Assembly: GCF_963921235.1 (NCBI RefSeq)
Contig: NC_086106.1
Span: 22,134,001-22,198,000 of the forward strand
Length of the DNA: 64,000 nucleotides
From: Mobula hypostoma
Lineage: Eukaryota
Direction: 5' to 3'
The notes under the pieces were generated by a model that worked only from the letters and a program-made list of their open reading frames with translations, ran no database searches and had not been told where the DNA came from. Shown here piece by piece: positions 50,903-62,912 of the stretch (position 1 is its first letter; every line of letters begins with the position of its first letter). A program made the position numbers and the translations under genes.

Positions 50903-52745
50903 TGTTATGGTCCCGTCCGGAAACGCCCCTTCTTGCTATGATCTCCTTGATGAGGTCTTAATCCCCTCGTCTGATTTCTAATTGCTCCCAGTTTTAATTA
51001 ATTACAACACACCTTCTTTCCATCAGCGAACTGAGGATCAGAACTCTGGCGTCACTGTCATGCTTCGCCAGTTTGTTAGTCTATTATAGAGTGTGCAAGC
51101 CTCGTTTCCTGATGCCTCAGGACTGTCAGTTCTGAGCCCCTCACCAATCCCTGGATTATCTTCGTAAACAAACTGAACCATACGCTCGGAACCTAGGGAA
51201 GTGCCGGGCCATTTATTGCAATGCTCTTTGGTCTTTGAGAAACAGCCACGTAAGTACACCTCTGACATATCAAAAATTGCGTACAGCGTGGAGTTATTAC
51301 GAGGGGATGCCTTGGAATGGGCCACCGCGATCTGGGGCAACGGAGCAGAGGTCTGTTCCTCTTTCTCCTCCTTCGACTCTGAAATGAAGAATGTCTTTGA
51401 ACAGCCCATACGCTGTAAGGACGCCGCTAAGTACTTCCTAACCCTCTGTCAGTGTTCGCAAGGCGTAGCAACATACTCCGTCGAGATCCGAACATTAGCA
51501 GCCATCTCTGGGTGGAATGACGAGGCAGTACGGTAGGTATTACAGCAGGGCCTCTCAGATAAGATAAAAAAATGAATTGTCAGCGGGGGATGACGCGGAC
51601 AGCCTGGACTCTCTGATGTCTCTAGCCAGAAGCTAGATAATCTACTTCAAGAGCTCCTGAGAGAAAAGACCAGCCGTCCCACTCCTCGGGTCAGCCCACG
51701 GCCCAACTTACCATCTACAACCAGCCTCCCTTCCCCGGCATCTCCAAGTACAGCTCCTGCTCCGACTGTCCCCACTACCCTGGGGGAGGAACCGAGGCAT
51801 CTGGGTCAGAACTGGCTCACTCTTGCCGAGCGATTCTGAGGCGGAGAGCTGGGGATTGTTACTTTTGCGGCCACCCTGGACATTTCGGGGTTACCTGTCC
51901 TCTCGGGAAAAAAAAGAGGGCTCACCAGTAGAAAGGGGGTATCTGGTGAGCCCGACGGCACTCCCGTTTGTCCCCCAGACCTGGATGCAGATCCCGGCTA
52001 CCGTGAACTATCAATGACAGTCCCTTTCCCTATACACATTTGTGGATTCCGGTGCGGAGGTAAATCTGCTGGACAACGGCATAGCTTTTCAGGTCGGAAT
52101 ACCTCGGGAACCGTTAATTACCCCTCTGGAAGCACGGCCGCTGTAAGGATAATTGTTGGCTCGGTTACCCGCTGTAGGTCACCCCAACCTTCATTCTGTC
52201 CGATAACCATCGAGAGGACGACGTTTTAATCTCACACATTATTCTCAAACTCCTGTAGTTCTAAGATTTCCCTGGCTGAACCGCCACAACCCCTACTCGA
52301 CTGGTCCACTGGGAGGATAACCAGTTGGAGCTCCTTTTGTCCCATCACCTGTCTGCGGTCGGCTCCATCCCCTAGGGAGACTTCCGCCATCAAACTTGTT
52401 TTGGAACCACTCGACCCGCCCGGAGTTCCTGCAGAATACCATGACCTAGCAGAGGTATTCAACGAACAACAGGCTCTTTCCCTGCCGCATCACCGCCCGT
52501 ATGATTGAGCTATCGACCTTTTCCCCGCGACCTCGCTACCCACCAGTCGTCTTTTTTAACTTGTCCTGACCAGAGAGAGAGGCCATGGAGAAACACATCA
52601 GTGTGCCCCTCGCAGCGGGCATTATTCGACACTCATCCTTCCCGGTGGGAGCTTTTTCTTCTTTGTAGGGGAAAACGATGGGCCTCTTCGACCTTGTATT
52701 GATTACCGTTGCATATATAATATAACAGTTAAACTAAATACCCAC
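50903..52745 (+). mobile_element. 5' part of a Gypsy element (LTR, retrotransposon gag, protease, start of RT), degenerate
   Basis: ORF 51201..51536 reads SKIAYSVELLRGDALEWATAIW..YSVEIRTLAAISGWNDEA; IRHSSF..ELFLL is an RT-start remnant. Confidence 0.85.
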
Positions 52746-53551
52746 TACGTGTCACAATGGGGTTTTGGGAACGGACCCAAGTGCGAGACACAGACAGTGA
52801 AGTGCGAGGAACAGGTCTTGACTAGAGTAAGGACGTGGCGGGATACAAACAAGAAGCAGGGGCAAGAACGCAGACTTCGGCTAGGGCATGGACAAGACAC
52901 GGAACCCAGACAAGGAACTATGCACTAGGAGCCTGGGCTTGTGCTCTGAGCCAGAGACTGGACAAGGACCCAGAACCTGCGTCTTGCCTCGGGCTCGGCC
53001 TCTTAACCAGGCAAGGACATGACATGACTAAGGGACAGAACGTGACTGGGGTCTAGAGCCTAGGGATCTTCGTGGCTTGGGTCCTGCTCTTGAGGCTTGA
53101 AGGGTGGCTTGGGTTCTTGGAGGAACTCCTGGGCAGGACACTGAGAGGTGGTTGCCGCCAGAGCCAGGACTTGACTTGAGACTTGGATGCCCCCAGGGAC
53201 AACACTTGACCTGGTACTTGGATGCCTCCAGGGAAAAAACTTCACTTGGTACTGGGATGCCGCCAGGGCCAGGACATGACTTGGTACTTAGATGCCGCCA
53301 GGGAATGGGCTTGACTTGGTACTTGGATGCCACCAGCTAATGGCAAGCTCTGGATTCGGCCCGGGCACAGTAGATAGTGGTTCTTGATTCCCTCTGTCGG
53401 GTTAACGGACGGAGCCTTCTCGACGAGGAACTTTGCAGGCTCACTTTGGCGAGGTAACTTGACAGGGTTAGTACGGTGAGGAAAGGCGACTTACTCGCCT
53501 TCCCTCCTGCAGGAGATTAGGCTTGCTGCGGCCCGATGGCATTGGCTCACA

Positions 53552-53695
53552 NNNNNNNNNNNNNNNNNNNNNNNNNNNNNNNNNNNNNNNNNNNNNNNNN
53601 NNNNNNNNNNNNNNNNNNNNNNNNNNNNNNNNNNNNNNNNNNNNNNNNNNNNNNNNNNNNNNNNNNNNNNNNNNNNNNNNNNNNNNNNNNNNNNN
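53552..53695. other. Assembly gap (144 N)
   Basis: Run of N. Confidence 1.
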
Positions 53696-54040
53696 TTTTA
53701 ATCCATCTGTCCCTCTGACTACACCCCTTGCCCATCCTCTGTTTTTTTTCCTCCCCACCCCTTTTCCTTCTCCCTCGGCCTCCTGTCCCATGATCCTCTC
53801 ATATCCCTTATGCCAATCACCTCTTGGCTCCATCCCTCCCCCTCCAGTTTTATCCTATCATTTTGGGTATCCCCACCTCCCCCTCCCACTTTCAAATATC
53901 TTACTAGCTCTTACTTCAGTTAGTCCTGATGAAGGGTCTCGGCCCGAAACGTCGACTGTACCTCTGCCTGGCCTGCTACGTTCACCAGCAACTTTGATGT
54001 GTGTTGCTTGAATTTCCAGCATCTGCAGAATTCCTCGTGT
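53696..54040 (+). mobile_element. Penelope-type terminal repeat
   Basis: Pyrimidine-rich segment, then cttcagttagtcctgatgaagggtctcggcccgaaacgtcgact..gcgttcaccagcaactt. Confidence 0.8.
53922..53957 (+). ncRNA. Minimal type-I hammerhead ribozyme motif
   Basis: AGUC-CUGAUGA-A-GGG(UCUCGG)CCC-GAAA-C-GUC/GACU. Stem I is AGUC:GACU, stem II is GGG:CCC, and a palindromic ACGU replaces stem-loop III. Confidence 0.7.
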
Positions 54041-55712
54041 TTACGATTTTGAGGCCTTCCTTCCGAAAGATTCCCAACCACGCAGTAACGACAGCAGCGA
54101 ACGAGCGTTTCAGATTTTTTTTTTCCCAGATGTTCCTCCGTGCTTTCATGTCTGTCTCCATCAAATCAGAATTTTCCACGGCCACTATTTAAGGGATACG
54201 AAATCATTTTTCACCGGAGGGCTGCGCTCGCGCTGTGCACAGCTTTCTCTCCTCCCGCTCCTTAACGGACCAGACCATGACAGAAAGCACCTTGATTCGC
54301 AAATTCAATTTCATACCTATTCGCCTCATGGTACCATTTTTTTTTAATCCTTATAGCTCTGTAGGTTTTCCTCTTTGTTTCTTCAAATATATATCACAAC
54401 AGTGCAGATAATGGAAATTGAATTCCATCAGCTGAATCAAACCTTCTTGTTCCTCCAGAGGTTAGCTCGCTCTAAGGTTATGACGAGGTACACAAAATCT
54501 GACAGGATGACTCATCCAGGCGGAAAATATTTTGGTGCCGAACCACATATGCTACAGCAGTCAATTCTGCTTCCAGTGCATTCACGTTGTTGCATAAGTT
54601 TACGGCTGCAATTCACCTTTCTTGACCGTTCATCCACAACATATATGCAAACGAAGTTCTCCTCTCACCATCCTGTACTAATGAGATGCTATCAACAGGA
54701 CAATTATAGAGAGGTTTTAATTCTCCATAATGACTTTGCTCTTAGGCATTAATTTGTCTGATAGATCCCTACCCTCTTTTTTTTTGTTTGTTTTAATATA
54801 AATGGTCCCTAAGGATCATTTGCTTTCATAACTGGACGTCCTTGGTACACAAGGCTGATAGCTAAAATTGTGGAATGTTTACTCGTTTTACAGTTTTGTT
54901 TCTTACTTGTATGAACAATGTCCATCTGCTGCTACGGTCTTGGCTTACTGCACCGTCTTTAGTTCTTCCATCTCGCAGTAATTATTTGGGGATATGACCT
55001 GTTAGGATTGGAAATGGAGCAAAGTCGCGCTATGCAGGTGAAAAGTTCTGCAGCCCCCAACCCCCTCCCCCCCCAAAAAAAAAGCTAAGGGATTATTTGT
55101 TGTTGTTGTTTGTTTTTTTTTAAAATACAATACATACAATATTCCTTGGGTCTGCTGGAGGAAGCAATCTGCTCTTAATTTCCCATGTATCTCCTGATCA
55201 TAGTAGTACTTAGAGGGTGGTGAAAGGTGTGGCCAAATCAATCGGTGTAGCTCATTTGGATTTAGGGATCTGGAGCAGCTGCAGTGGTTCATGTTTGCTT
55301 CACAGCTGTCATAGCCTGAGTGTGCTCTGATAGCCATGCCAAAGCTACGTCATTACTTTTTTTTTCCAGTAACTCTATTAAAAGAGCTGCAATGGTAATA
55401 CAATACATCAACATTGTCCTGCAGTGTTTTACCAGTTCCAGAAAGGATCTCATAAATTACACGTTTTGGGCAATAGGGAGTTTCATAATTGAAACTATTC
55501 TTAGCTTAGCAAGTTGTCTTTTTTTCCATTGTCAAAAATACATATAACTAACTTCCTGTTTCAACATCTGTCATTCTTTTTTTTTGAGATTAACTTTCAT
55601 CCCAGTCCATGTAATAATTACAGCAGTTCAGTGAATAGCTGATAAAGTGCCTGCTTGGCTTTTGTCTGCGGATGCTGATAATCTCTGTATTGTACCGGGC
55701 ACTTAGGTGTTG

Positions 55713-55822
55713 AAGCAACACAGATAAAAGTTGCTGGTGAACGCAGCAGGGCAGGCAGCACCTCTTCCTAAAGATGCTGCCTGGCCTGCTGCGTTCACCA
55801 GCAACTTTTATGTGTGTTGCTT
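55713..55822. repeat. Near-perfect inverted repeat (48-bp arms, 14-nt loop) of the Penelope-type repeat
   Basis: aagcaacacagataaaagttgctggtgaacgcagcagggcaggcagca versus its reverse complement, with 2 mismatches. Confidence 0.92.
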
Positions 55823-56199
55823 GAATTTCCAGCATCTGCAGAATTTCTGTTGTTTGCGTGTTACTTAGCCGTTGAAAACCGTTTTAACCCTTCTCCTAAG
55901 TGCTAGTGAAATATAGAAAGGGAATTGTGGATCCCCGTGTCAGGGCAATCTCCGTGCACTGCTATCCCTGAAAGTTGATTGCAAATGTACTGAGACTTCA
56001 TTTGCAGTGGGATAAAAAAAAACAAAAAAAAAAAACAATTATTTATAGCGAAAACTACCAGTGAACCATTAAGTTCTTTAATTCTATTTAAACACTGTAT
56101 CCGGCATAGTTCCTACAGCTGGAACTGTTTACGAAGCTGTTCTATTTCCTTTTCAGTAGTGTATTATCAATCTCTTACGACCATTTTATTGTCTTACAG

Positions 56200-59030
56200 T
56201 CCATACGGTCGAGTTGTTCGTGCAGTCTAGCGGCCATAGTACCCCTTGTTCGACAAACTGTTTAGTGCCTTGCTCACATCTTCCTCTGCCTTTTTGTGAA
56301 ACACCTTTTTATTGTGCTCCTCCACAGATACGGCTCCTTAGCCTCTCGCCAATAAGCAATAGACTCAGCTGTTTTAAAATCACCATTCCATACCCCGTAT
56401 GTCTTGGATAGGTACAAAGTGGGTCCTGCCAAACCCGTGAGGTTCGGATGTTGCGCCCAGCAGAACCCGATCTGTGTGAGTGTTGTTTAAATTATTGCTC
56501 TTATGCAGTCTACGATCGGCAAGAAATAGCAATTATATAATATTGTATACAATTATAAATTTAAGTTCTTCCTATTAAATATTAAATAAAAGAAGTAAAG
56601 TAAAAATTAAGAGAACCAATTAAAAAAATGGCGCGTCATGTTTAAGCAATCAGCAGTTCAAAGATATTGGAGCTCATCGTGAAGTGGCCTTTAAATCATG
56701 AGCTCCAACCTCGGTCTGCGTGAAATCACATACCAGCTTACGAAAATCGCTTGAAATCCAGCAGGACAGCAGGCTCCTCATGGCTGCTTTAATCCATCCT
56801 CCTTGAAGCCATTCACCTGTACAAAACACCTTGTCCAATGGATCGTCAGCCCCAATTTGTTTCCCACCTGTCTTCTTCAAGGTACACCCAAATCACCTCG
56901 GCCCACATCACTGTTCGTCAAGAAATCTCACCAATCAGCGTTCTGCAGAAATTTCTTTCAACTTCTATTCTCACTGCCTATCATCACACCCTTCAGAGGA
57001 ACAAAAATGCCCTTAACTTACCTCAAACTCAAACATTATAAAGTCAGAATATCTGTTCTTACAGAACTTTGTGTTTTTGTCGTATCTGGCCATCCAAACT
57101 TCAAACATCCTTGCTCAACCCTTCCTCTTCTCAGGCTTGGATATTTTCTCTTAGTATGTCCCTGCGTACCACGGATATAGGCTTTCAATAATCCATCTCC
57201 AATTCTCCCCGCTCCCGACACTGCTTCGTAAAGTGGTTTTCCTGGACACTCACCAGCAATGGGAGGAGATCTTTGTATTTGTTCCCCTACCATCATTCTC
57301 GAGCCAGTTGCCATGTATCTAATACTCGGCACTTTCACCTTAATGGGGTTATTTGGCCTCTTTCTCGCCTGGTCCCGCACACTGGATGTTCACCATTCTT
57401 GTGGTAATATTTAGCGAAAGCTTCAAGCGGGTCTCCTCTGTTAATACCCATTGTAGTAAATATCGCATTATTTAATTCCTCATTTCTGGACCCGACTTGC
57501 TTTGCATATCTGGCAAAGATGAGTGCGTACAAACACATTATACTCAATTTCTATTCTTCGGCGACATCTATGCGTGGGATTACTCTTTGCTGACTACTTG
57601 CTTGAAACAGTACCCTAGGGTCTTCATCAATCCCACAGATCCCGATATGATTCACAATATCTCTCGGCTTCTGCACTCCAAACGTATTAGTTCATTTCAT
57701 ATTCTGGTTATAATTTCTTGCCCCGTCCGTGCCCCACCTCCCACCTGTTAGTAACTAGGTGGTCCAGTGGTACTGTTGGCACCAACGACTTCTTAACATG
57801 GTGTGCAGGAGGATGGTCCTCAGAAACCGCGCTGCATCATTATCATAATTATATCTAGTCGCATCATCGGCTAAATTGTTCCGATCTATAGCTGCATATG
57901 CAATCGCCTGACCGCTTCTGATCCAAAAGCACACGCTGTTCCTCTCTTCCAGCAAATTGGTCTTGCAGCTTTTGTTTCTGAGTTAATGACTTTGAATGAT
58001 CAATACCTTTTTTTTTCAGAAACTGAGTTAAGTGTCACATTTATAGCTGCTTATAAATCATTGCACTATTTTCTATTAATTCCTCTACTTGGCTATGAGA
58101 GAATTTGACGCTTCTCCCCGTTTATTTTGTTCTTTAATAAATTTATCACATTTCGGTGACAAATTTGATTGATATGCGCCAAATCGATACATCTTTGTCC
58201 CCGTAAATCTTTAGCGTTTCCCTTCAGCGTCTTCGATCTTTTTTGGAAGCCTCCTATCTTCGTCTTCTAACTTACCTCGCTCGGCATTAGTGTATAGACG
58301 ATACCCTATGAGCAACATTATGAGGCTGGCATTTTGCAATTGCTTCGGTAGCCGCTTAAATTGATTATCTAACAAATTATCTTTGGTAAAAGAAAAAAGC
58401 TTTGCCGCCTTCAGCTTTGGTATTTCCCTATTCTTCTCGTACTATGACAATTTCCCCAATATGTACTTTTGGATGAACCGCCTACAATCAAAACAAAGGA
58501 AGTCCTCCAATGCATTATTGGCTGAATTCATCATGCTCGGTCTGTACTAACTAAATTCCCACTTAGACGGTCTCGTCTCTTGCTGACTCGACGGGAGATT
58601 TACCCTCAAGTCCACCATATGGACGGCAATTCTGTTCTAAGAATCACTCCTGATAACAATGATCAGCGAGGCACAGAGAGATCTGCATTTACTGAGAAGT
58701 GCATGTATTGAATAAAGTAGCAAGTACGAGAAATAATGCACTAGATACCTCATGTGCACGCACGACATGTATCCCTGAAGTTCTGAAATGAGAAAAGAAT
58801 AGCAAAGTTATTAACAAGATAAAGGGATCATGACTACGAGGATTCATGATTCACTCGAGACCTGTGCCTCGCAGGGTCGCTCACACTTGTATATGGACAC
58901 ACAATTCGACTACTTTTATATTCATTCTTTATCAATCGACATATAACAACTAGTGTTGTACCCCTTGTTATTGTATTTGCTCCAAGCCAGCCTTTATTAT
59001 TGCCATTGTCACTGCAGGTGGTGCTCGATA
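56200..59030 (-). mobile_element. Decayed LTR retroelement 5' half (ERV- or Gypsy-like gag)
   Basis: PBS-like TGGTGGACTTGAGGG at about 58620 downstream of an LTR-like block; long broken reading frames; decayed zinc knuckle YIRGTQGHTKRKYP at about 57140-57180. Confidence 0.5.
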
Positions 59031-59034
59031 ATTT

Positions 59035-60469
59035 TGTCACAGTGGTGGGGCATTGGGAGGAAAGGTGGACCCAAATGCAAAACACATCTTGTGAGGTAAC
59101 TTAAATTTACTTTGTTGTTCGATACCAGGAGAGCGAGGCAGGACCAGGAAATAGCGACTGGACAGGGACTCAGGAGTAAGACTAGGCTGGGACCAAGGGT
59201 CTGGGCTTGGACTCGCAATCGGCTCCAGAGCCATAGGAGACATGAAGAGGCTAGGGTACGGACACCGAGCCAGAGACTGGTTCTGGGGTCCAGCCCGAGG
59301 CAAGACCCAGGTACTGGGTCCTTGCCTCGGGCTGGACCCCAGAACCAGGCATGGGCATGACATGGGCTAGGGAGAGGAAGAACATGGATAACACAGCCTC
59401 GGTCTCGGGAGAGTATGTACATGGAACCATAGACACATACACAGAATACAGAGCAGGGACTCCTCCTTGGGTACAGGACGCAGGGCCGGGACTCATGACC
59501 CTCCACGGGGCAACGGCAAGAAGGCCTGACCTACCCCACGGACGCGAGGAAAAGACAAGACAGCACATGACTCCCCGCGGGGCAACGACAAGACGGCCTG
59601 ACTTACCCCACGGAGGCGAAGGCAAGACAAGACAAGACCAACACGAAGGAAGACCAGACTGTACCTATCCAGCTCCGGAAATAGAACTAGACCGAACTGC
59701 ATGCGAGGGCTGCAGACGAGGGCTAGAGGCAAGAGGAGCAGAGAAGTGATTCAGACAGGGGGGTAGGACAGGAATCACAGACCACCAGGGTCAGGACCTG
59801 ACTCGGAACTGTGAAGCCACCAGAGCCAGGACTTGATTTGGTACTTGAATGCCGGCAGTGCCAGGACTCGACTTGGTACTTGAATGCCGCCAGGACCCGG
59901 ATTCCACTTGGTGCTTGAGTGCCGCCACGGACACGACTTGACTTGGTGCTTGAATGCCGCCAGGGCGAGGACTTGACTTGGTGTCTGAATGACATCAGGG
60001 CCAGGACTTGACTTGAAACTTGAATGCCCCTGGAGCCAGGACTTGGCTTGGAGCGTCCGGGTAGTGGCGAGCTCTCGACTCGACCCGGGAACAGTAGACA
60101 GCTGTTCTTGATTCCCTCCGGCGGATTGCAAGACGGACCCACCTCGATGAGGAAACATTTGCAGACTCTCTTTGGCGAAGTAACTGGACAGGGTTACTCC
60201 GGTGAGGAAAAGGCGAATTACCGGCACTTGCTTCGGCACAGACTGGGCTTGCTCCGGCTCGATGACATCGGCACACCGTACCTTGGATGACATTGAAGAC
60301 GCTCCCACGCCGAACGGCTGAAAGCCCGAGACTATAAACTACCGGTTCAGCCGAGTGTTAGTTGCCTATAATCACCAAAGTCGAGGCAGACGGGAAAACA
60401 GGGAATCAACAGTCCGGATCGTAACATAAAACAAGTAAATTTAATGGGTCCCCGATCCGGACCATGACA
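59035..60469 (-). mobile_element. Two adjacent LTR-type modules, the second with about seven copies of the 35-bp minisatellite (59815-60045)
   Basis: tgtcac start with ggacccaaatgcaaaacac, end gatccggaccatgaca; same repeat unit as at 53155-53335. Confidence 0.7.
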
Positions 60470-60473
60470 AAAG

Positions 60474-60509
60474 AGTCCTGACGAAGGGCCTCGGCCTGAA
60501 ATGTTGACT
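60474..60509 (+). ncRNA. CpG-decayed hammerhead motif in a Penelope-type repeat (60470-60575)
   Basis: AGUC-CUGACGA-A-GGG(CCUCGG)CCU-GAAA-U-GUU/GACU. Confidence 0.5.
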
Positions 60510-62390
60510 GCACCTCTTCCTAGAGATGCTGCCTGGCCTGCTGCGTTCACCAGCAACTTTTATGTGTGTTGCATGACAAATTTATGTTATTTTTATTCTT
60601 AATCAACAACCAGCGCTCAGCACTTCAGCAGGAACCAACACAAACATTCATAAACCTCAAAGTTATATTCAAACAAAGGATATCTCAAAAATAAAAACTG
60701 ATTTGGATATGATCTCTAACGCAGCAGTTTACCTGAAGCATTATTGCGTCCTTTTTTAATATTCATGAAGCCAAACACTTCAGGTTCATAAAATAGAGAA
60801 CTGACTGTCTTCACAAAATAACAGCCCACCTCCCTATGCACACGAGAAAATTAAAGACAGGTAGTCTGCCTGTTTTCACTGCCCTTGATTCTTCGAATTC
60901 ACTGATTTGCAGACTGGAGTCCTTTCTGTCCAACAGATTGTTGGTGAAACATTAATTCACAGAACAAATTATGTTTCGATACCTATTATGTACTGTATGA
61001 AACTCTGCTGCTCGTTAAAAATGATTAATCAATTCACTTGTTTGCACATTTTGGTGTTATAAACAAAAGGATTTTCATTCTCCGATCTAAAACTGCGGTT
61101 TACTAATTTCAGCAACTTAGTACAGTCAGCAATCATACATTTCAAAAAGCCTAGTGTGTGTTGTAACCCTTTCAGAGCCTACGACACTTTCCATGCCAAG
61201 GGTATTGACTTTTCTGCCATAGCTTTTTTTTTACAATAATTCCATGACCACTTGCTGTCTCGTTCAAAACGTAGGTGTGATAAAAGTCCATTAGCCAGTT
61301 CAATGTATCACTTATCCATCTTTAACTGTCAATCCCCTCAGCATTTGTTGTAAAGACTGTTACTGTGTGAAAACATCAGTGTAATGTTTAGCCAAAAATA
61401 CGATCTTTGGCAGATCTAAAGTTAAAGAGCGATGCGTTTTACTTTATGTTCCATCCCTTCTTTACAGTGCCTGAATAGTAATCTAGTCATCTGGTTCAGA
61501 TGAGGAACATTTGGTTATTATCACATATGCCTGCTGCTTTATGAATACAATCATAATATTTATCTCCATTTCCCAGTGGAACAATTTGAAACTTGAAAGT
61601 CAAATATTGCATAGGTCTAGTCGTAGTATCGTAGTACTCGTTGAAATCTCCATGGTCTGGACCCTGCTAAGTAATAATTATTTCCAAAAAGAATAAATAA
61701 TTCTCCTGTTTTAACCTGGCCACATCTGGCATAAATGTTATGGTATTAGGAATGCTGATATCAAAGTCTAAGTCAGAGGTGCCCATCTCATTTTAGGTCA
61801 CGGGCCGTAGTGGGCAAAATGCTACTTTATGCCTGCCGGATCAGTCGCCCACGCGGCCGTGCTGCCACAGCTTTCGTTGTCTTATTTTTGTCAATCTGCT
61901 CTCATGTGTCTCAGTCTCTGCTATAACTATAAATTGTGTCACTTTCCGAATTTCCTATCTTATGATGAATATTCTCTAGCAAGCATTATTTCTATTACTG
62001 GTATTAACTTACAGTCGTAGGCTACAAGGAATTTGTGATGAGAGAGAGAAAATGCGATGCTCTTTTGACTAAAATTGTTTTCGGAGTCACACCCTTTTCA
62101 ATAATAAACCATTTGATGTGGCACATTCGCAGAGACAAATGTAGACTTAACGAAACAAATTGCAAATGGTGTAACTAATTGCAGCTATTTTTAGTACTCT
62201 GCTTCCAGCAATCAAACGCAGACAATGAACACCATTAGCCTCTATTTTTATTGAAGTGATCACATTTACAATAACAAAATAGTCAGAAAATAAATGAATC
62301 ACAATATTATGACATTCAATATTTCATATTGTATTTGATTACTTCTCGGGGTGCATCAATCAGTGTCCACTTTTTTTTTCCACTTGTACC

Positions 62391-62400
62391 TGACATCACT
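62391..62400 (-). promoter_or_regulatory. Exact AGTGATGTCA decamer with no confirmed gene downstream
   Basis: Plus strand tgacatcact, in the same orientation as the V3 promoter element. Confidence 0.25.
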
Positions 62401-62639
62401 TGGCTTTAACAAGACTGTCAACATCAGGGACCAGTTTCTGACAACTGTGATTTTTTTATAATGTCATTTAGATGTCTGTGCGTCAATTGCAAAAGCAGTT
62501 GGGATTTGTTAATGTTCAATATGGTGAACGCCTGGTCACAGAGATATGTTGTTCCGAACATGCAAAGGATCTTTGAGAGTAAGTCTGTCATCTTGGGTTA
62601 TGTGGGTCCCAGGTATTTTTAGAAAGAGTCCAGACCCAC

Positions 62640-62855
62640 AATCTCAAATTTATATTTCTTCTGATTTTTAAAATTATTTTTCATACATTTCAACAGTGAA
62701 ACTACAAAGAACAAAACAACAAAATGTAAATTTATACAGTGCAAAAACAAATCTAATATATAATTCATAACAGTAAAAAAAAACATCAAGAGTAACATTA
62801 ATATCCATCCCACCCTCCCGCAGAGAAAGAAACAACCCAGGCCAACCACTTCAGA

Positions 62856-62912
<57 letters not shown>

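Larger units (their letters stand above)
52750..54280 (-). mobile_element. LTR-type element(s) with a 35-bp minisatellite (53155-53335), broken by a gap and a Penelope repeat
   Basis: Starts tgtcac..ggacccaagtgcgagacacagac; cggaccagaccatgaca end at about 54280; about five copies of gccgccagggccaggacttgacttggtacttggat. Confidence 0.65.

Noticed and set aside
54375-54752. 125-aa ORF and a minus-strand NSISIICTV YYC-like match
   Set aside because: No recognisable domain, splice context, Trp motif or RSS.
53155-60045. 35-bp repeat arrays as CRISPR-like arrays
   Set aside because: The units are directly adjacent with no unique spacers, lie within LTRs of a vertebrate genome, and have no cas genes nearby.
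61330-61640. Frame with C..HW..SLTL and CACAGTA-12-ACAAATGCT
   Set aside because: Four stops, no FR2 motif, no terminal Cys, and a 12-nt spacer unlike the other V segments; probably chance.
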